DNA of 64,000 bases from Squalus acanthias (GCA_030390025.1 JASTWF010000034.1:2418001-2482000), one strand, 5' to 3'. Shown: positions 13,116 to 22,197, numbered from the stretch's first letter. Notes: a model not told the origin generated them from the sequence alone. Translations and numbers: made by a program.

Positions 13116-13552
13116 GATGCGAATAACTCCGCTTATCGTATCAAAAATATTGTGGTGAGCAATATTATCTCGATTTTCTCCGAATCCAGAAAATTAATCC
13201 CATAACTTAACCTAGCTAGGGTCTTTGTGTCGTCCTTATTTCCCAAGAAAATTACATTTTATAGCACCGTAGGCATTATTTGCCTTTAAACTTACACCAC
13301 TTGTTTTCCTTCCAGGCGTAACCAGGCCGATGCCTCTCGTATCACCTGTATATTCACATTTTTTATTCAGTGAAAAGAAAAACAAAACCCAAAACCAAAC
13401 AATCATTTTTAACTACAACACCATCACCAAAATAATCAACACCAACTCTTAAAACATGTCGAGTTCCCAACGTATTTACAGTCTTTAAAAATCATGATCG
13501 AGTACAAACTTCCGCGGCGCACGTGGCGAGCGGGATTGACGCCATTTTCCGA

Positions 13553-15904
13553 TTACACGGTGCTTTCATCGTGCACGCGCACGTAACGTTCTCGCCACTC
13601 TCCCGTGTTTTCATGCTTGGTGAGGCGTTTATCTCTTTTACAATGGACGACCAATAGGTACACTACAATGAAAACTTGGCATACGACTAAAATGTGGGAG
13701 GCTATTCTGATCCATGAAGGCACTTCAATATTGGTGAACAGATTCCACCACGGTGGAATTACTATATCCAGAATGTCTGTCCCTATTTCGACAGTTTTCT
13801 GTTCTAATGTGTAAAAATGTTTCTGTGACACCGCGACGGCTTTTAAAAGCTTGGTGAGGTGTTCAGGGAGAGGGGGAATGATGTATCCGAAATGCGCGAC
13901 GAATCGCTGCAAGTCGGTGAAATTCTCTTTTACTGTGAGATGAACAGTGGATGGTTCAGGGATTGGGACAATTCGCTGTTGTGCTACTTGAACTTCCGCC
14001 CTGGGTTTGAAACAGAAACTGCTGTCACTCACCGGACACCGGCTACGGTTTCCATGCTGGTAGTGTTGCGCTGCAGTGGTAACACAATATGTTCCACCCC
14101 CGATGTATGCTACCTGCGGAGGCACATGATCTTGTGCCATTGCCTCCATGGTGCAATTCATGGACTTGGCGCCAGCCGTTCTGAACCCGCACTGTGGTGT
14201 TAAAAAGGCATTCAAGTGCTGGGGGCACAGTATTATGTGTGCTCCCCTGCCACGACAACCAGAGAGATCTGTACCTGTCATCGTTTGCTCCCAGCGGATG
14301 ACGTAGGGTGGAACCGCTGCATAGCGAATGTGGGCTCCCCCCTGAATGACACCAATGTTCTCTACCCGATACACCGGGGCGGGCTTTGCTGTGTCGCCCA
14401 AAACCGGCATACGTAAAACTATACCCATAATGGTATGGTTTGATCGTCCACAGTCCACGGGGACTGGGTATGCTTCTGAAGCTAGCCTGAGCTGGCACGG
14501 GCTTAATGCGTTCTGAAAAGGGTGGAGCGCCCGCAGGTGTTTGTTACTTATCCAGGACGGGACCAAACCTTGTTTTAAATCCTCCAAATTACTGCGGCCC
14601 TCGCCCAGTAACCACGCCCCGTAAAGCACGCACACCTCGTTCTGCGCAGCTTGATCGGATGCATTCCGATCTTCCCTAATCAGGGCATTTACCGTTCTCG
14701 CGTGTTTCTCTAGTTCAGCTATTATTTCTTTTAAATGGAGAGTCATGGCTTGGTCCTCGTGTAAACCCGACCCAACCACTTTATTTTCATCTGTGAGAAT
14801 GTCTTTTAATTGCGTTTTTAAGCCATTAATCTGGGTCTGCAGCTCCACACTGTCTAGAGCGTTGACCACAGATGTACCTGTGTTGAAAGCAGTGAACGCG
14901 TCGTTCACAACACCCCTTCTTTGCCTCCCTACTTGATCCGAAACTTCATGTGGTGCGGTGTACAAACTTGTTTTATCAATTTCCGCAAAATCGAATTCGT
15001 AAAATTGTCTGAACATCTTGGTCAACAGGACCTGATACAACTGTTCCGTCTTTTTGGGGCACCACTCTGTTAACCGCACCTCGGTGAGATTTAAAATCAC
15101 CGAGGCCACCGCGTAATGTACTCCCTGAAATAGTATCTGGTCTGTGGGGACCAGTACCAAACCATTCCCGGGTCCCTTACTAGTTTTAGGGCACCCTTCT
15201 TCCTTAGCTAGAACCACCGGAATCGTGGGCGGGGCTTTGCGTGGGCGCGTAATGAGTTCAGTGGCATTTACCGGGATCGAAGAGTATGGGGCTCCGCACC
15301 CCCTGGTGCTTGCATCCCACCTCATCCCCTGTCCGTTATCCTGCCATTGATTAATGAAAAATATGGAGATGCCTTTGGGGCAAGCGTACTTTGACCCCCA
15401 CATGCATACATACATTCCCTCATCCGGTTCCCACCATTTGTCCCAACAGACTCTCACTTGTCCGTTTGTCCCCGTAATTGTCCGATGGGTATTATTACCC
15501 AGTCGTTCCCACTCGACCGAAGAGTTCCTCATAGTTTTGCTCAGCTTTCGCAGCCACCACCATCGGCTCAATGGGACATTCCCACTACAAGTCAAACAAA
15601 TCCGTTTGCCGACGGTGACGCTGATCCTGGGTGCGATGATCCTTACTTTGGGGCACATTAAAGAAGTCTCTTGGTAGGCAAACCCCGATGTGCTGGAATA
15701 CTCAGTCGAGTTCGTTCCCAGCCATCCTGGCCACCTTCCCTTGTGGAAATAGGTGGTGGTCTCCTCAGCCTCCCGTTTTCCGGTCCCATCCACCGCGATG
15801 GGGGCCGTGTCCCCGGAGCATCCAAACACCACGACATCCTTGGTGCGGCCTCGATAGGCCAATCCACATCCGATTGCCGCGAGCAATACTAGAATTCGTT
15901 CCAT
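13553..15904 (-). CDS. env: Envelope/class I fusion glycoprotein with N-terminal Ig-like domain (783 aa from MERIL; ORF open from 16063)
   Basis: Signal peptide MERILVLLAAIGCGLA; furin site RQRR (14915-14926); fusion peptide plus heptad repeat; Cys-rich region; C-terminal TM (ILVVCQVFIVVYLLVV); tail with YVRV. Confidence 0.88.
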   Translation of the reverse strand: MERILVLLAAIGCGLAYRGRTKDVVVFGCSGDTAPIAVDGTGKREAEETTTYFHKGRWPGWLGTNSTEYSSTSGFAYQETSLMCPKVRIIAPRISVTVGKRICLTCSGNVPLSRWWWLRKLSKTMRNSSVEWERLGNNTHRTITGTNGQVRVCWDKWWEPDEGMYVCMWGSKYACPKGISIFFINQWQDNGQGMRWDASTRGCGAPYSSIPVNATELITRPRKAPPTIPVVLAKEEGCPKTSKGPGNGLVLVPTDQILFQGVHYAVASVILNLTEVRLTEWCPKKTEQLYQVLLTKMFRQFYEFDFAEIDKTSLYTAPHEVSDQVGRQRRGVVNDAFTAFNTGTSVVNALDSVELQTQINGLKTQLKDILTDENKVVGSGLHEDQAMTLHLKEIIAELEKHARTVNALIREDRNASDQAAQNEVCVLYGAWLLGEGRSNLEDLKQGLVPSWISNKHLRALHPFQNALSPCQLRLASEAYPVPVDCGRSNHTIMGIVLRMPVLGDTAKPAPVYRVENIGVIQGGAHIRYAAVPPYVIRWEQTMTGTDLSGCRGRGAHIILCPQHLNAFLTPQCGFRTAGAKSMNCTMEAMAQDHVPPQVAYIGGGTYCVTTAAQHYQHGNRSRCPVSDSSFCFKPRAEVQVAQQRIVPIPEPSTVHLTVKENFTDLQRFVAHFGYIIPPLPEHLTKLLKAVAVSQKHFYTLEQKTVEIGTDILDIVIPPWWNLFTNIEVPSWIRIASHILVVCQVFIVVYLLVVHCKRDKRLTKHENTGEWRERYVRVHDESTV

Positions 15905-16201
15905 CCTTCCTTGGTTCCTGTGATCAGATAGAATGAGGTAGCCAGCCTCGCAAGAGTCTCTGGCTTTTGTGAAGGGTGAGCGGGTCCCCTGACCTCGCCT
16001 CACGTAAACTTCAACGTTCGCTGAATAAACTTTAACTAAACCTATCTCTAAAGCTCCCATCATTTTACCATTTTCTGTTAAAATTAAACTACAAACTTAA
16101 CCTTATTTAAAACTATAAACTTATAACCTTAAACTATAAACTTAGAAACCTATCCTAAACTTATTACTGTACAGCGCCGCCCGTTCTCAGGGCGGCCCCC
16201 T

Positions 16202-17356
16202 TTAAATTCTGAGAAGGCTGCTGCGAGCTCTTCCCGACGGTGGGAGGGCTCTGACCTTTTCCTCTGATCTGCCGCAGCCTGTTGCTGCACTGACCCCTTC
16301 CTCTGATCTGCCGCAGCCTGTTGCTGCTGCGATGGGGCCGGGCTGTATCTGGGCTGCCTTAACCTTGAGCCTACGCCTTGGGACAGTCTGGGGCCATACC
16401 CACATCTTCCTGGGCTGGGGTTCTCTACTTGACCTACGGGGAGTTGTCGGGGGCAGGAATCCCATGACCGACGTACCGGGTTCCGAGACTTCCACCGGGA
16501 CGACCTGTGGTTCCACCACAGTCGCTGGCTCCGCCTCCGCTGACTCCGCCTCCCTAACCTCGGGACTTGCAGCTTGTGGCTCCGCCCTGCTCGGCCCAGC
16601 AGGCGGCCCTTCACTCGCGATCCCTGCCTCCCCCGAGGGCGGGACGTTCAAAGCGGGCGGCTCGGGCTCGGAGGTTCTCACCGTCACTCCCTGTGGTCTC
16701 ACAGCGGCTGGCTCCGCCTCCCCTAGCTCCTCCCTCCTGTGTTCGGGACCTGCAGCCTCTGTGTCCACCCTGTGCGGATCTCCATCTGCAGCCCGTGTCC
16801 TCCCTATACCTAAAATGGGGGCGACCCTTTCGTTCCCCAAATCCCCCTCGTCTTCATCACTATCCTCATCTGACTCGAGTTCCCGGAATTCTCCCTCATC
16901 TGACTCCCAACCCCACAAAAATGCTTCATGATCTTCCAGGATGTCTCCTCCCCTGATGCAAGCTGCTTTGCCTGCCTGTGTGCCTTGTGGTCCTACCTGG
17001 GGCTGCGCTTCCCCACTCGCGGGGTTTACCCCTGTGGTTTTCCCTTGCGCACCTGGCTTGTACAGTTTGCACTGGTTTACATCCTCATACTCCCGGCTTT
17101 TGGCTACCCTGTAGGCTGCTTTTATCTCACTAAGCTGCGCTTCTAGCCTGAGCACGTCTAACTTTCCCATTGATCGGGCGTTCTCCTCCCGCAGGGCCTG
17201 CTCTCTAAGCTGCCCTTCCAGCCCATCTATTTTCCCTATTAAGCGGGCGTTCTCCTCCCGCAAGGCCTGCTCTTTTAACCTGGCCTCCTCACCGCAGACC
17301 CCTTCCTGTGCGTGTCTTTTAAAAGGACACAGGTAGGCAGGCTGCGTGGGCTCTAG
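16202..17356 (-). CDS. ORF2: coiled-coil/acidic/Pro-rich protein in frame with gag (probable readthrough extension, 384 codons)
   Basis: No stop from 17356 to 16205; same frame as gag; no protease, RT, RNase H or integrase motifs. Confidence 0.7.
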   Translation of the reverse strand, partial: LEPTQPAYLCPFKRHAQEGVCGEEARLKEQALREENARLIGKIDGLEGQLREQALREENARSMGKLDVLRLEAQLSEIKAAYRVAKSREYEDVNQCKLYKPGAQGKTTGVNPASGEAQPQVGPQGTQAGKAACIRGGDILEDHEAFLWGWESDEGEFRELESDEDSDEDEGDLGNERVAPILGIGRTRAADGDPHRVDTEAAGPEHRREELGEAEPAAVRPQGVTVRTSEPEPPALNVPPSGEAGIASEGPPAGPSRAEPQAASPEVREAESAEAEPATVVEPQVVPVEVSEPGTSVMGFLPPTTPRRSSREPQPRKMWVWPQTVPRRRLKVKAAQIQPGPIAAATGCGRSEEGVSAATGCGRSEEKVRALPPSGRARSSLLRI

Positions 17357-19165
17357 TCATTGGGTACTATTAGACGGTCCTGCGGCACCTACGGGGCCGG
17401 TAGCAACCGCCACCTTTCCATGTGCGCTCAATAATTTGCGCATGGCTCCCAACACTACTTCGAGGTCGTCGGGAGGGGTGGGTGCACTAGCTTCCCTAGC
17501 AGGGACAGGCGTCTGGGCTCGGGCTGCGGGAATTTTATCCCTGGAATCCTTCCAAGGGTTCCTGCAGTTCTTGCGCCAGTGCCCTGTCTTCCCACACCCG
17601 TAACAAGCATTACTTGCCTGCGGGGCGCGATTACCCTCCTGATGCCACTCCCTTTGATACGGGGCTGCGGGTCGTACCTCATGTACTTTTCCCTTAAGGG
17701 GACGTGTTCCCATACCCCTTATATTGCGATATCCTAACGTGAGTCGATTCAAGACCGACTCTTCCGTAATGTTGGGGTCATTGGGATCAAACCATGCTTT
17801 TGCCTGCTCTCTGACGGCTGGTAAACTGTTGGCTACTATGCACCTAAGCCAATGATTTAAACCGGCGCCGTCCATATCGTCGCGCTCTAGCGCACCTAGA
17901 CAGCTGCGCTGATATACTGGCCACAGCCTGTCGGCAAAAACCTTCGGGGGTTCTCCCTCCATCTGCACTGTCTGTCCCAAACTAGCAAACGGACCTTCAT
18001 CGTCCGCCCCCAACACTTCCAGGACCTCATTCTTTAATGCCTCATAAGTCTTGGTTCCCCTCTTGCTCTCGCCCGAGAGACACTGAAGGATTGAACTGCC
18101 TAACGAAAACAACAGCATTTTTGCTGTTTCCCCATCATCGCAGCCGTTAATGGCTGCGGTTTGCTCAACTTCTCTGAAATGTACGGAAGGGTCGTCTAAC
18201 TCGGTCAGCTTCCGTACATGATTTATCATAACTCTCAGCTGGTGTGAGCTGTGAGGCAACACAAGCTGGCCGAGGAGATCCCCTGGTTCCTCCCCACCGT
18301 TTCTGTTTGGGCCCCTTTTTATACCCGTTACTGGATACAACGGTCCCTTTTCCACTTCTTTCTCAATGGGCTCTTTCGTTTCTTCCACTACTTCCTCCCT
18401 TACCCAGGTTTCCGAATAGCTGGGTGGCGCGGAGGGCGCAGTGGCTAATACTTCCTCTGCTTTACTTGGTGGGGACTTCTGAAACTCCTCTTTTACTAGC
18501 GGCTGGTGTGCTGACGGACTGATAAGGCACACCATGCCGTGCGCTTTGTTCACGGCCTTTTTGAGGTGCTCTATCTCCTTTTGGCAGGCGCTATGATCGG
18601 CTCCCTGAAACTTATCCTCAAGGGCCAAATTATATGCCGCCCTAACCCCCGTTAAGCTCTCTTCCTGAGTTCTTATCTGGGCAGCTTGGCGGGCACATCG
18701 TTCCTTTAATCTGCCCTCATTTAACTTTGCCTCAGTGACCTGGCACTCGAGGTAATCTATCCTTGTTTTATGTTGACTGGAGATTTCCTGGCGTTCTTGG
18801 TGCAGCGCACTTAAATTCCTAATGAGCAATTCCCCTCCAGAGACCTTCTCATCCATTTCTCCCTCTAAATGACTGATTCGAGCTGTTAGCGCTGTAATGA
18901 CCTGGTTTGAAATCTGGACCTGCCTTTTGTAACACATTAGCCAGACTGCTTTCTCGATTGTCTTTTTATGTTCCTTACTATCTGTCCACCTTTCGGCTGC
19001 CTCTAGTGGACTCTTATCCGCTAACAATTCACTTATCCATTTCTTAGTTAGATTAACCTTTCCGAACACATAATCTGCTATCTTTTCCTTCATAACATTT
19101 CGTACAGTCACACCAAAGTCTAACACACTACCCTCTCGCTGCCAGTGTCCTGCCGCGGTCGCCAT
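17357..19165 (-). CDS. gag: Gag polyprotein (602 aa)
   Basis: First ORF after 5' LTR; coiled-coil N-terminal half, PSAPPSY late-domain-like motif, capsid-like QMEGEPPKVFADRL, CCHC knuckle CYGCGKTGHWRKNC. Confidence 0.93.
   Translation of the reverse strand: MATAAGHWQREGSVLDFGVTVRNVMKEKIADYVFGKVNLTKKWISELLADKSPLEAAERWTDSKEHKKTIEKAVWLMCYKRQVQISNQVITALTARISHLEGEMDEKVSGGELLIRNLSALHQERQEISSQHKTRIDYLECQVTEAKLNEGRLKERCARQAAQIRTQEESLTGVRAAYNLALEDKFQGADHSACQKEIEHLKKAVNKAHGMVCLISPSAHQPLVKEEFQKSPPSKAEEVLATAPSAPPSYSETWVREEVVEETKEPIEKEVEKGPLYPVTGIKRGPNRNGGEEPGDLLGQLVLPHSSHQLRVMINHVRKLTELDDPSVHFREVEQTAAINGCDDGETAKMLLFSLGSSILQCLSGESKRGTKTYEALKNEVLEVLGADDEGPFASLGQTVQMEGEPPKVFADRLWPVYQRSCLGALERDDMDGAGLNHWLRCIVANSLPAVREQAKAWFDPNDPNITEESVLNRLTLGYRNIRGMGTRPLKGKVHEVRPAAPYQREWHQEGNRAPQASNACYGCGKTGHWRKNCRNPWKDSRDKIPAARAQTPVPAREASAPTPPDDLEVVLGAMRKLLSAHGKVAVATGPVGAAGPSNSTQ
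19147..19164 (-). promoter_or_regulatory. Primer binding site (tRNA-Arg type)
   Basis: TGGCGACCGCGGCAGGAC, 5 nt after the 5' LTR; complementary to ...GTCCTGCCGCGGTCGCCA, the vertebrate tRNA-Arg(TCG) 3' end as I recall it. Confidence 0.85.
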
Positions 19166-19169
19166 TTTC

Positions 19170-20853
19170 TGTAAGGGTTTGCGTGCGTGTCTCTCAGCCT
19201 GTGAGATTCGCGCGGCTCTGTGCAGCCTGTGTGTCAGTGCGGGTTTAGGCCTTGTTGCCTGTTCTGGTCTCCAGCCAGTCTGGGAACACTAGACACACCT
19301 GTGAGTGGTTCGAATCACTCGCCCTTACGGTTCTAGACACTGGACTTAGATGCGAGAGCAGTAATGGAGATGAAACTCATGTAGACTCGGTTGAATGGTA
19401 CGAAATGGAAAAATCTTTATTGCATAATATTTAAGATTACGAAATACATGTCATAAGCACAGATTAATGACAGTACAATCTTACACGCAGTTATGTAGCT
19501 AATTCTAGGGAAACGAGGAACGAACGACACACCGTAAATGGGGGCACACATTACAAGTATCCTTAATACTTAAACCCTCCCCTATCAATATCTGTCCTAG
19601 CTAGATTCGTAGGATTCGAGACTCATGCTCACCACTCGTGATAACTCGGAGAAATTCCGAATAGCTGATCGGATGTTTTCACCGCAGCACCCACGTGTCG
19701 ATCAGGGGGTCTCCTGGCCCCACTTGTTTACTTGCTTCTGCTCCGGCTAGCAGGCTGGAACGTCTGTTGTTATGAAGATCTGTGTTGGTTGGTTTCACGT
19801 ACCAGTCAACACTTAAGAGAATAATCTCTCGGTGTCCGTCATGAGGATCTGCCCTGATGGGTTTCACAGATCAGTCAATATCTCAAAGAAGAATCTTCCG
19901 GGGTCCGTTCTTTAAAGTTCAAAGAAGTCTTCCTGGCAAGGAGAAATGTCTATTCGACCTACAGGCGCGGTCAGGGCTTACTGACCGTGGCGCTAAGTAT
20001 GGTCTTCGTCTCTTCTCATCTCATCTCATCTCTTCTCGGGCCTTTGGTTCCGATGCCGGTTACCAACACAGGTCTTCGTGACACGACACGAGGTAGATCC
20101 GAACGGATCACAAAGTTCAACAGTCTTTTAAAAGAGACACCAGGCAAACAGGAACAAGACGGCGAGTCAAGAACACAGGAGCAGCCACGAGGATGAACAC
20201 CAGCAAGATAAGAGGATAAGAGAGAGATGGACGGTTGGAGCTTGTAATTATAGTACAAAATCTTCCGTTTCCCGCCCAACCTTAATGTCTTTTCCTTTTG
20301 TTAGGGTTTGGCGCTCAAATGTCTTGTATAGGTGATCTCCGGTTTTAATGGGTTGCGGGGCTACTCGTGAATGTCTGAGTACCTGTTAATTTTTCTCCCA
20401 TTGTTAAATCGGTCGGTGTTCTCCCTGGAGGGGTTTTGGGGCTTCCAAGTGTTTTCTGTAACTACCCGCTAACGGCTCTCTCATCGTAGAGTCGTTGGGA
20501 TTTTACATATTAATGTCTTTGGATGGGCCCTTGATTACTTGGTACAATAGCCTTTATTCGTACCCGGGAGACCGATTTCAGTATCTATGTGTATACTGCA
20601 AACCCATGATGTCTCGTGTATTATCTTCAATGTGCTGAATCTTAATCGATCTTGCACAAATGTTTATTGGAACGCCATCTTGTCTGTCTGTCGAAAAGTC
20701 TAGAATGTTCCGCCACGAGGTGCGGCGGCCATTTTACAGGCTGCTTGTGTCCACTTTGAAAACCTGACAGCATTCTGCTGAAATAAAGCTGTTTGAACGA
20801 AACTATGTGTTTTCTCCTTATTTATAAAATCGCGATATATTGCGAATTCTACA
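19170..20853 (-). repeat. 5' LTR (1684 bp)
   Basis: Direct repeat of 11420-13103, followed by PBS and gag. Confidence 0.97.
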
Positions 20854-21272
20854 CTATGAAGAGAGACTGGACAGGCTGGGGTTGTTTTCCTTAGAGCAGA
20901 GAAGGCTGAAGGGGGACCTGATAAAGGTGTACATAATTATGAGGGGCGTAGATAAGGTAGAGAGAAATGAACTTTTCCTCTAAGTAGAGTGGTCTATAAC
21001 CAGGGGGCATAGTTTCAAGGTAAGGGGCAGGACGTTTAGAGGGGATTTGAGGAAAACTTCTGGAATCTGGAACTCACTGCCTGAAAGGGTGGTAGAGACA
21101 GGAACCCTCACAACATTCAAGAAGAATTTAGATGAGCACTTGAAACGCCATAGCATACAAGGCTATGTACCATTTGCTGGAAAATGGGGTTAGAATAGAC
21201 AGGGCTTGATGACCGGCGCGGACACCTTGGGCCGAAGGGCCTTTTTCTGTGCTGTATAACTCTATGACTTTA
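20854..21272 (+). mobile_element. CR1 LINE 3' end (continuation of 8995-11419)
   Basis: Resumes YEERLDRLGLFSLEQRRL; ends ttctgtgctgtataactctatgact. Confidence 0.93.
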
Positions 21273-21476
21273 TTATTTCTATGTATTTGTTCTCAGGAAA
21301 TGTATAACGTTGTCAAGACCGGAATCACTTGCCCATCCCTAGTTACCCATGAGAAAATGCTGGGCACTTCATCTTGAGCCGCTTCAGTCCGTGGTGAAGG
21401 TTCTCCCACAGTACTGTTATGGAAGTAATTTCAGGCTTTTGACCCAGCACGATGAAGGAACGGCGAGATGTTTGAA

Positions 21477-21890
21477 GGGTACGGTAGCATAGTGGTTATG
21501 TTGCTGGACGAGTAAACCAGATTCCTGGAGAAATAATCCAGAGTTCTAATCTTACCAGCTGGGGAATTTAAATTAAATGAATTAAACAAATCTGGAATAA
21601 AAAGCTAGTGTCAATAATGGTGACCATGAAAGTACCGGATTGTCGTAAAAACCCACCTGTCTCACTAATGGCCTTTAGGGAAGGAAATCTGCTGTCCTTA
21701 CCTGGTCTGGCTGAAATGTGACTCCAGACCCACTGCAATGTGGTTGACTCTTAACTGGCCTCTGAAATGGCCCATCAAGACAGTCGCTTGTCTCAGGCGG
21801 CTCACCACCCCATTCTCAAGGGCAATTAGGGATGGCCTATAAATGCTGGCCTTGCCAGCGACGCCCACATCACAAGAAGTAATTATAAAA
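21477..21890 (+). mobile_element. tRNA-derived SINE with LINE-derived 3' tail
   Basis: A-box-like TAGCATAGTGG, B-box-like GAGTTCTAATC; tail matches the LINE 3' end at ~33615-33700. Confidence 0.75.
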
Positions 21891-22197
21891 ATGATTAAAT
21901 ACGTGTAATAATGATTTAAAAAGCGTCATCATGTTTTATTAATGGTCATAATGATTTATAAAGGGTTAGAAAATATCTGTAAAGTGGTGTAATTATTTTA
22001 AAGCATTTTAATGGGTTTTAATGATTAATAAATTCCTGGTGCCGGCTCTCCTCCAACCTGTGCTGGGCTGCTCGATCTCCTGTGGGCCGGGCCGGGCCAG
22101 GCTGCTCCGCCACGCCGCCGGCTCTCACAGGAACCGGGACTCCAGATGCCGCCCTCCAGACACTCACCTCCTGCCGCCAGGGAAAGGCCCCGAGTGA

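Larger units (their letters stand above)
11420..20853 (-). mobile_element. Intact pol-less LTR element/endogenous retrovirus-like provirus (LTR-gag-ORF2-env-LTR)
   Basis: Paired TGT...ACA LTRs, CTAT duplicated at 11416-11419 and 20854-20857, PBS, PPT, three open ORFs; removal restores the CR1 sequence cgcttcagctatgaagagagactgg seen at ~46841. Confidence 0.97.

Noticed and set aside
15905..16063. First 53 codons of the 836-aa env ORF
   Set aside because: A splice acceptor and signal peptide point to the Met at 15904 as the real start
16176..16206. TTTAAAG heptamer plus GC hairpin at the ORF2 end as a -1 frameshift site into env
   Set aside because: The heptamer is not in the ORF2 frame and stops intervene before env; the hairpin GCCGCCC/GGGCGGC is real but its role is unsupported
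16150..16956. Overlapping and antisense ORFs over ORF2
   Set aside because: Expected in GC-rich, stop-poor sequence; no independent support
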